DNA from: a virus
Taxonomy: Duplodnaviria > Caudoviricetes
Direction: 5' to 3' (one strand)
Length of the DNA: 64,000 nt
IMG/VR virus record: IMGVR_UViG_2879462666_000008
Coordinates: 1,116-65,115 of that record
Each line of letters begins with the position of its first letter. Position 1 is the stretch's first letter. Made by a program: the position numbers and the translations under genes. The notes beneath the pieces were generated by a model that saw only the letters and a program-made list of their open reading frames with translations, had not been told where the DNA came from and searched no databases. This document shows, piece by piece, positions 57,340 to 64,000 of this stretch.

Positions 57340-57742
57340 TACGCAACACCTCCGTCGCTGTACGTTTCATGAATCCAGCTAGGTCCGCCATTGACGTGTG
57401 CATCGACACTGACGCGCCAGATATTCGCTTAAGCGCTGCTCGATAACGTTGATTCTCCGCCACCAGTTCCTCACGCGTCTTCTCTAACGTTCCGTCCGGC
57501 AGTCTGCGCTTAGCTGGCACGTGCTCCGCAATCCGTTTGCGCAACCGCTCCATACCCTCGCGGCTAAGCGGTGGGAACTGCGCATCGAACTCCGCCAAGT
57601 CTTCCGGAGTGGCTAAGCGGTGCGACGCAGTTAGCCGTCCGACTTCCGCCTTTAACCGCTCATTCTCCGCAACAACCGGCGAGTACACTTCGCAATAGAA
57701 GCAGAACGCGTCCTCTACGTGGCATTGACACGCGCTACTCAT
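57311..57742 (-). CDS. Hypothetical protein
   Basis: Cys-rich N-terminus, coiled coils. Confidence 0.6.
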   Translation of the reverse strand: MSSACQCHVEDAFCFYCEVYSPVVAENERLKAEVGRLTASHRLATPEDLAEFDAQFPPLSREGMERLRKRIAEHVPAKRRLPDGTLEKTREELVAENQRYRAALKRISGASVSMHTSMADLAGFMKRTATEVLRNGSTQENAS

Positions 57743-58064
57743 TCGTCGGCACCTCCAATAAACTCCGCAGTTTAGCGTTAATGAACGCAGGAGGATACGT
57801 CATGGCGACAGCAATGCACGTACGCAAACGCTCAAGCTCCGCCTCTGCGCTAATCGCCCGTTCAATTGCGATCGGCCAACCGGTGCGCGCTTCGTTAATA
57901 AACGTCGCATCCGCCGCATGTTCAAGAGTCGCAGCGAGTACGTAATCATCCGCGTCTAGTACGTAGTAGCCGTCCGTAGTATCTGCGGTCTGCCACGGTC
58001 CGCTAGTCGCCGCGTTGCAGATCGCTAGGTCAGCGTGTAAATCACGTTTAGTTTCCGTTGTCAT
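57735..58064 (-). CDS. Ead/Ea22-like protein
   Basis: AATSGPW...DATFINEAR. Confidence 0.65.
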   Translation of the reverse strand: MTTETKRDLHADLAICNAATSGPWQTADTTDGYYVLDADDYVLAATLEHAADATFINEARTGWPIAIERAISAEAELERLRTCIAVAMTYPPAFINAKLRSLLEVPTNE

Positions 58065-58492
58065 CCGGTGACACCTCCGATTATAGATTGATAGATTGCG
58101 TTGCGTAAAACGCCAAATCCGGCGATTAGCCACTTTATACACACGTAGAGTTCACGGAGTAGGTTTCGCTACATTACGCTGTATTCGCACAAATTGGTAA
58201 ATTACGGAATTTATACATCGTAGATTTCGCTGTAGTTGCTATAGTTGCAATTAGCGTAGATTGCACAAATATAGCGTTCTCCCGTTTCCTCTCGTTTTCT
58301 ACGCCGCACGCACGTTTTCATTTTTACGCTTTTCTTGAAATACCGCGACCGCATCACGCCAGCTTAACGCTTGATAGCGCGGATTATCGTACAACCACAG
58401 ATTAATCTCGCGGATTTCTTCGTTAGTTAATTGTGTCATTACTTCCGTCCTCCCTTCGTATAATGTTCGATAATATCGTTAACCGTCTTCAC

Positions 58493-58894
58493 TTACGCTG
58501 CCTCCTTCTCCGCTTGTAAATACCGCTCGTACGCTTTCCTGGCGCTCGTTGAGCCGGATATTGGCGCCCCTACACGTAGACACTCCGCGATAAACTCGTC
58601 GTCTGTATCGGAACACGGAAGCCCTAGCGTATACAAACGCCAATGTACTAACTCGTGTAATAGCGATCCTAGCACGTCCTCAAACGGTCGCTCTGCGTTA
58701 ACTACCGTAGACATACGTATTTCCTGCATGGTCTTATCCGACTTGCGGTAGTGGAACGCCGCCCATTGACTGCGCCAGTTGTACGTTACCAACGTCAGCG
58801 TTCCCGTATAATCCACGCCCCAATGTTTACGTGATAGTTCGTTAGCTATCGTTAGTAGGCGGGATTGTTCCGCGAGTAACTCGGCTTTCCTCAT
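58493..58894 (-). CDS. SprT-like zinc metalloprotease
   Basis: LLHELVHW. Confidence 0.75.
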   Translation of the reverse strand: MRKAELLAEQSRLLTIANELSRKHWGVDYTGTLTLVTYNWRSQWAAFHYRKSDKTMQEIRMSTVVNAERPFEDVLGSLLHELVHWRLYTLGLPCSDTDDEFIAECLRVGAPISGSTSARKAYERYLQAEKEAA

Positions 58895-59068
58895 AGCATT
58901 ATCCTCCGATCGACGCGAGTATTAGCGTAGGCGTCAACATAACGCCCAAACCGACAATCGCAATAGTAAATTTCCGTTTAGATAGCGCGTCCATCATTAC
59001 AATTCCACCAACAAAATAACAAACCAACGAAGCTACTAGGTAAAATAGAAATAGCGTGATCTCTATAA

Positions 59069-59407
59069 TCATAGCTTCCCGTCCCACGCGTTAAACCGTT
59101 CGACTGCTGCCTGTTTACGCAGCTCTTTATCAGCGCGCAAATGGGCACGTTCTGCACCGTACGCAAGCCCCGCGTAGTACTCGCCTATGAATCGTTGGGC
59201 GAGCGCCACGTAGTCAATAACTCCGTCCTCCGTTATGTCCGCCAGCTTACCCCGCTCAAACCAGTAACCAGTAATCTTACGGAATCCGAAATGTTTACGC
59301 TTAACGTGTAGAAGCGCGCGGATATCGCCGTCTCCGTATATGTCTTCGATCTTAACGCGATACTCCGTCCCGTCCGGCGCAGTTACGGGAAATTTACGCA
59401 GACTCAT
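59069..59407 (-). CDS. Hypothetical protein
   Basis: GTEYRV...F.AWDG. Confidence 0.65.
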   Translation of the reverse strand: MSLRKFPVTAPDGTEYRVKIEDIYGDGDIRALLHVKRKHFGFRKITGYWFERGKLADITEDGVIDYVALAQRFIGEYYAGLAYGAERAHLRADKELRKQAAVERFNAWDGKL

Positions 59408-59612
59408 CGGCGGACACCTCCGGTAACTTAACGTTGAAATACTGGCGGAAATTCGTGAAGTCATCCTCGGTGAGCGTGCGCTGTTTATCGCAAGTTGTGC
59501 ATTGTATCACGAAGAAGGCGTGAAGACGCGGGTCAATTCTTCCCGGTTTCATAAACATATCGTCCAGCCGCCACTCGTGTTCGTGCGCGGGCTTGTGCTT
59601 AAACGGCCACAT
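59394..59612 (-). CDS. Small zinc-binding hypothetical protein
   Basis: HEHEW...CTTC. Confidence 0.6.
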   Translation of the reverse strand: MWPFKHKPAHEHEWRLDDMFMKPGRIDPRLHAFFVIQCTTCDKQRTLTEDDFTNFRQYFNVKLPEVSADESA

Positions 59613-59955
59613 CAGCGGACACCTCCGTCAGTGCCGCGATAATTGACGCGAGCCCAATCGCTTCCGGCGCGGTAGATCCGGCGGCCACTACGAAGGCTAC
59701 TCCGTTCGCATATGTCTCAACCGTATAGCGCCGCGCACCATTTCGCGAACACGTAAAGGATACGGACATGCCGCCGAACTCCGCGCTTTTATCGACGAGC
59801 GCCCACGCTGCGGAAATGTCCGTTGTATACTGCGGAAGTATCGCGTCAATAATTCCGTTGGTACGTTCCCATCCGAACACCGCCTCCGCAATCCACGCGT
59901 CCCGTTCCCTTGCGCCTAACTCCGCCCACTTTGCGGTGATTTCTTCGCGTTTCAT
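59599..59955 (-). CDS. Phage ABA-sandwich-like protein
   Basis: PQYTTDISAAW.LVDK; TAPEAI. Confidence 0.7.
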   Translation of the reverse strand: MKREEITAKWAELGARERDAWIAEAVFGWERTNGIIDAILPQYTTDISAAWALVDKSAEFGGMSVSFTCSRNGARRYTVETYANGVAFVVAAGSTAPEAIGLASIIAALTEVSADVAV

Positions 59956-59970
59956 TACGCAGCACCTCCG

Positions 59971-60264
59971 TTATTTTTTCTTATCGTCGATAATCGTTGT
60001 ACTACCGTCCTCTTCGTACTTAACGAGCTGTACGCGATCAACACGTCCGTTCAGATAGTACGCCTTGCGGAAGTACTCGTCCATCTTCTTCCGCGCCTGT
60101 TCCTCCGTTTTCCAGAACGTGCTCGACCGGTTGCAACACCAGTGATGCACGACCGCCTCGAACGGTTTCTTCATTCGCTCAATATGTGTTAGCGCCGCCT
60201 CCACTTCGCGTAGTTCTTCCTTTAGCGCTCCCTTACGTGTAATCAAGCGTTGTTCCTCCGTCAT
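59971..60264 (-). CDS. Hypothetical protein
   Basis: GAGGAG RBS. Confidence 0.65.
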   Translation of the reverse strand: MTEEQRLITRKGALKEELREVEAALTHIERMKKPFEAVVHHWCCNRSSTFWKTEEQARKKMDEYFRKAYYLNGRVDRVQLVKYEEDGSTTIIDDKKK

Positions 60265-60304
60265 TTTACCCGTCTCCTCTCCGTCAATTTAGCGTCCTTA
60301 CCCG

Positions 60305-60736
60305 TTACCCTTCCGCTAACACTCCGCCCGCCTCAACGTCGCTAATTACGCGCTTCTTCGACGTGTCTAGCGCGTCCTTATGCGCTCTTTCAACGGTAAC
60401 GTCCGGCCAATACGGAAGCTTCGAATCTAGCGCGGCCTCAATCGCGAATGTCTCCGTATGTAGCGCCGCCATAAATTCGCTAAGTGACGCCGTGTCAGCG
60501 CTGACCGCCGCCTTGAAACGTACATAATCGAGTGCCGCACGCAGACCTTCCGTATTTACCGGATAATACGCCACGTCGTCCCATACCTCGCGTTTAGACG
60601 GGACTTCGTTACCTTCGACCGCTTTGTATCCGGGAGCCTGCGTAGGGTCTACGGTTCTCCGACGTTTGATGACGAAGTTCTGAGCGTTGGCGTCCGATTG
60701 GATTGCGTAATCTGGCGTGAGCTGTGCGTTTAACAT
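60305..60736 (-). CDS. Hypothetical protein
   Basis: AAGGAGG RBS; VDPT.AP...W...YY. Confidence 0.65.
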   Translation of the reverse strand: MLNAQLTPDYAIQSDANAQNFVIKRRRTVDPTQAPGYKAVEGNEVPSKREVWDDVAYYPVNTEGLRAALDYVRFKAAVSADTASLSEFMAALHTETFAIEAALDSKLPYWPDVTVERAHKDALDTSKKRVISDVEAGGVLAEG

Positions 60737-61107
60737 TAGGCTGCGCCTCCTTTTTCGTCGTTAATTCCGGGGATTACGATTCCGAGCGTATTAAGCGTAA
60801 AGATTAATCCTTCGTCGAATCCGCGGGCAAACATTGACTGCGGAGGGGTCGCGTATATTTCACGAAGTTCCTCATACGCCAGTTCTCGCGCTTCTTCCTC
60901 CGTCAGCTCGCGTTCGTATCCGTTGACGAGTGCGGATAGTAGCGTGTCAAACGAGATTGAGCGTATTCCCCTCGTAGATGGCGGAGTTCCGCGACCTTCG
61001 CTAACATACACGTCTACGATACGCTCATTACTCAGCGCTGAGCTCCGCAAACCTTCGATTCTGTCCGCAGCCTCGCGCGGAATTGTTACCGGTTTAATCG
61101 TTGTCAT
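60736..61107 (-). CDS. Hypothetical protein (DUF1642-like)
   Basis: V.IPRE.AD...ALVNGYE. Confidence 0.6.
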   Translation of the reverse strand: MTTIKPVTIPREAADRIEGLRSSALSNERIVDVYVSEGRGTPPSTRGIRSISFDTLLSALVNGYERELTEEEARELAYEELREIYATPPQSMFARGFDEGLIFTLNTLGIVIPGINDEKGGAA

Positions 61108-61556
61108 TACGCGTTCACTCCTTCGATTTTTATTTCGAGCGCTTCGAGTACGTGATGAACTCCGCGCACAAAGCCGCCGTAAGTATCAAACGGGTCAGCC
61201 GCCAAATCTACGATACTCTCGTAAGCCTCGCGTATCCTTTCATGCGCTTCCTCTTCGTGTGGCGGTCCGTCAGCCGCTTCGTACGTCTGCGCAAATATCT
61301 CCGCCTTACACGGGTAGCGCTCGCCCAAGATCCCGGTAATAATCCAGTCGTCCTCGCTGATTTCGTGGAATCCTTCGAGCGTCTTAATCGCGGGAACTTT
61401 GCGGAATGATAACGGTATGTGCGTTGATTTATCGTGATAGCCGACGAATCGGCTGTCGCGGGAACCCCCGTCAATTACGTAACATGCGTAGCCGTCTTCG
61501 AGTCCCGGCGTGTACTGGACTGCGTCGACAAGCACGGGCTTCTTGCGGAATTTCAT
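61107..61556 (-). CDS. Conserved phage protein
   Basis: KFRKKPV...IKTLEG...DWII.G..GE.YPCK..IF..TYE. Confidence 0.75.
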   Translation of the reverse strand: MKFRKKPVLVDAVQYTPGLEDGYACYVIDGGSRDSRFVGYHDKSTHIPLSFRKVPAIKTLEGFHEISEDDWIITGILGERYPCKAEIFAQTYEAADGPPHEEEAHERIREAYESIVDLAADPFDTYGGFVRGVHHVLEALEIKIEGVNA

Positions 61557-61576
61557 AGCGTAACCTCCTCCATTTA

Positions 61577-62242
61577 TTAAGCGCTGATCTTTTCGTAACG
61601 TTCGTAATTCTCGCGGACACGTAATACCGTAGCGCGAACGGATTGGCGCGACATGCCTAGCGCACGACCGACTTCTGACTGCGAATAGTCCGCCATCAAC
61701 ATGCGGATGATCTGCTTAGGCTGCGGCTTTAATCGCGCGAGGAAAGTATCCGCGTCAAGGTACGTATAGTCGTCCGAATGGCCCCGTGTATCCTTTTCCG
61801 GCAGCGCATCCGTAGACTTAATCCGTATACAACGGAGAGCCTGGCGCGCTTTATCTGCGGTAATACTGAGTTCCTGCGCTACAACCTCCGGCTGCTCGTC
61901 CGTTAAACCTGCGGCGTTTATCTGTTTAATAAGCGGATATAACCACTCCGGTATCTTAATGCCGGTAGTCGGCCGCCGGGATAGCGCGTTTGCGATCTCA
62001 CCGTAAATGTGCGGAAAGGCGAACGCGCCGAACGGTACAGCCGAATCGTTATAGCGGTCGTAAGCGTTAATGAGACCGATTGAACCTTCGCTGATTGCGT
62101 CCGCTAGTGGCGTTCGTGTAGTGGCGCACTGCGAGCGAAAATGGCGATTGACGACCGTATCGACTAGCGGCAAATTATCGGTAATGAAGTCGGCGCGTGA
62201 TAGCGGACCGAGTAACGGGTTATCGGGAAATCTAGCGTTCAT
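61577..62242 (-). CDS. Phage sigma-70-family factor (SigF/G/B-like)
   Basis: NLPLV, D.ISEG.IGLI.A.DRY, F..FA...I.GEI, SQSEVGRALGMSRQSV. Confidence 0.88.
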   Translation of the reverse strand: MNARFPDNPLLGPLSRADFITDNLPLVDTVVNRHFRSQCATTRTPLADAISEGSIGLINAYDRYNDSAVPFGAFAFPHIYGEIANALSRRPTTGIKIPEWLYPLIKQINAAGLTDEQPEVVAQELSITADKARQALRCIRIKSTDALPEKDTRGHSDDYTYLDADTFLARLKPQPKQIIRMLMADYSQSEVGRALGMSRQSVRATVLRVRENYERYEKISA

Positions 62243-62610
62243 GAGCGTTGATACCTCCGTGTGTGAAATAGTGCAAATTCAATGCGCGATAAGGCCGGGA
62301 AATAAGTCGGCGGATAAAATAGGTGTTGACAATGGGCCGGCGTTGTGTTATTTTATAAATCTTTAAAGTACTTAAGATCTAAAGATTTAAGACCTTAAGA
62401 TCTAGTTTATTAATCACTACCGTTCTTAATAAACTCCGTAACGGGTACAAATCGACCCTTATACGGAACATATAAAGGGAATACGCGCGGATTAACTTGT
62501 ATTACACATATCTAACTGCGCGGATTTTAAAATATAAGAGATAAAACATGACCGATGCGCCCCGCCGCCGCGATCCTGCCCGCACCCTTCGCTCGCCCTC
62601 CGTCATTCCC

Positions 62611-62709
62611 CCGTTAAATCACCGTTGATTTAGGCGTTTTTATAGCGCGAGGGTAGACTTATCACTCCCGCATATCTCAACCGCTAATTTCACGGTGATT
62701 TAACGGTGA
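62611..62709. repeat. 99-bp hairpin element, copy 2
   Basis: CCGTTAAATCACCGT...ACGGTGATTTAACGG inverted arms. Confidence 0.7.
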
Positions 62710-62841
62710 TACGTAAGGTGGCGATTTGCAGCGCTATTTGAGCGTGATGGATACGGATGTGTAGCGCGCTTGGGTTAACGTTTGTGTGAAATAGTACAAA
62801 AAATATCCGTTTACCCTGCGCCATTTGTGCGCCTCCCTCCG

Positions 62842-62887
62842 CTTACACTAATAAAGCCGACGTCCGATTTAATGCCGCACACTTTTG
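62842..62887 (-). promoter_or_regulatory. Phage-specific promoter motif, copy 3
   Basis: Same consensus as 41365 and 52458. Confidence 0.75.
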
Positions 62888-62962
62888 CGTAAAATAATTC
62901 CCGCGTGCCTTATACGTAGATATCCGCAATGACTTAAGGCTCCCGCACCATCTACGGAAAAT

Positions 62963-62996
62963 AAAAAAACGCCGACCTCCGAAGAGATCGACGTTA
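62963..62996 (-). terminator. Intrinsic terminator after the integrase
   Basis: AACGTCGATCTC-TTCG-GAGGTCGGCGTTTTTTT on the minus strand. Confidence 0.75.
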
Positions 62997-63010
62997 TGCT
63001 TGTCCAATTT

Positions 63011-64000
63011 TTATAAACGTTCCAGCGGTGAAAACTTTGCGTGCTGCTTCGCTACATCCGTTCCAAATAAATTCACGTACATTCTAACAATTTCCAACGA
63101 GGTGTGTCCGAGTATCTTCTGCAGACTAAACGAATCACCACCGTTCATTATATACATCTTCGCAAAGGTATGCCGGAACGTATGCGGAGAGACACGGACG
63201 CCTTTAATCCGCGCAGCTTGTCCGTAAAGTTGAATTGCTTGCTGAATGCCGCGCACCTGGAACGGCTCATTGTCAATATTGACGAAGATGTGATCCGTAT
63301 CTATAACGCCGCGCATCTCTGTATACTCGCGTAGATGTTTCTCAAGTGTGCGCGAAAATGGCACGAGTCTTTCCTTACGCCCTTTACCGTAAACTTTCAA
63401 CGTGCGGTCGCGCCAATCTACGTCCTGCAAGCGTAAGCCTGCGAGCTCACTTACGCGAACGCCCGTATCGAGTAGCGTCATCATTAGTACATAATCACGA
63501 TATCCTGTAAACGTCGATCGGTTCGGCGCGTCCAGTAGCGTTTTAATCTGCGTATTAGAAAACGTCTCGATAATGCGGCGCTCCGACTTAATAGTACCGA
63601 TCCCCTTAAATGGGTTCGTATCAATAAAACCTTCGGTGTGTATCCAGTTAAAGAAGGCGCGCCAGCCCCGTATTAATTTATTCATCGTCGCATCCGCGGG
63701 AGTAGCCGCGCGCCCGCGTTTAATCTTTTCGCTGCGCTTCGTCTCTAAAGCGTCCATCAAGTGTTCGCGCGTTATGTCCATCGGACGCTCAATTTCTAAC
63801 GTGGTCAATTGGCGTTCAAGCTCTTTCAGTGTATCGCGGTAATAATCGAGGGTCTTATCGGAGAGATTGCGTATGCGGCAGTAGCGTAAGAAGGCGGCTC
63901 TAGCGGCTTCGAAATCCGTAGATTCTGGCGGGAGTTCTGTTGCGGATGAGTTGCGTCCGGCTGCGGCTAAATTAACGCGCCGTTTCCGTTCTGTGGACAT
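63011..64000 (-). CDS. int: Tyrosine recombinase/integrase
   Basis: RD...DTGVRVSEL, GKGRKER, HTFRH, LGH, Y; N-terminal SAM-like domain. Confidence 0.95.
   Translation of the reverse strand: MSTERKRRVNLAAAGRNSSATELPPESTDFEAARAAFLRYCRIRNLSDKTLDYYRDTLKELERQLTTLEIERPMDITREHLMDALETKRSEKIKRGRAATPADATMNKLIRGWRAFFNWIHTEGFIDTNPFKGIGTIKSERRIIETFSNTQIKTLLDAPNRSTFTGYRDYVLMMTLLDTGVRVSELAGLRLQDVDWRDRTLKVYGKGRKERLVPFSRTLEKHLREYTEMRGVIDTDHIFVNIDNEPFQVRGIQQAIQLYGQAARIKGVRVSPHTFRHTFAKMYIMNGGDSFSLQKILGHTSLEIVRMYVNLFGTDVAKQHAKFSPLERL

Larger units (their letters stand above)
1..64000 (-). mobile_element. Temperate siphovirus-like prophage/phage genome (Paenibacillus/Bacillus-type); ends not visible in the window
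   Basis: Integrase, replication, packaging, head, tail and lysis modules in canonical order, nearly all on the minus strand. Confidence 0.95.

Noticed and set aside
1-64000. tRNA genes and att sites
   Set aside because: No cloverleaf recognised by eye; the prophage boundaries lie outside the window

Overview
The window is almost entirely one temperate siphovirus-type (pro)phage of a spore-forming Firmicute, most likely Paenibacillus (inferred from gene style), encoded mostly on the minus strand. Reading from 64000 to 1: tyrosine integrase; sigma factor and early genes; replication genes (DnaC-like loader, DnaB helicase, primase, SSB, PolA, a short beta-clamp-like protein); recombination, nucleotide and methylation genes (Cas4-like nuclease, RuvC, dUTPase, dNMP kinase, C5 and N6 methyltransferases, three endonucleases); a Rep-like protein with direct repeats; packaging, head and tail genes; a low-GC tail-spike plus glycosyltransferase block; lysis genes; and a final operon running off the left edge. 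That operon encodes a VirB4/VirD4-like ATPase missed by the ORF track, pilin-like membrane proteins, a basic protein and an RHH-like protein, behind sporulation-sigma-like promoters. Other main observations: about eight genes, mostly nucleases, appear to start at near-cognate codons behind strong RBSs; a 45-bp phage promoter motif occurs three times; a 99-bp hairpin element occurs twice; the C5 methyltransferase carries an extra N-terminal TRD; the tail chaperone has a -1 frameshift; and KOW/SH3-like repeats are shared by three proteins. All calls come from reading motifs and gene order by eye; no database searches were run.
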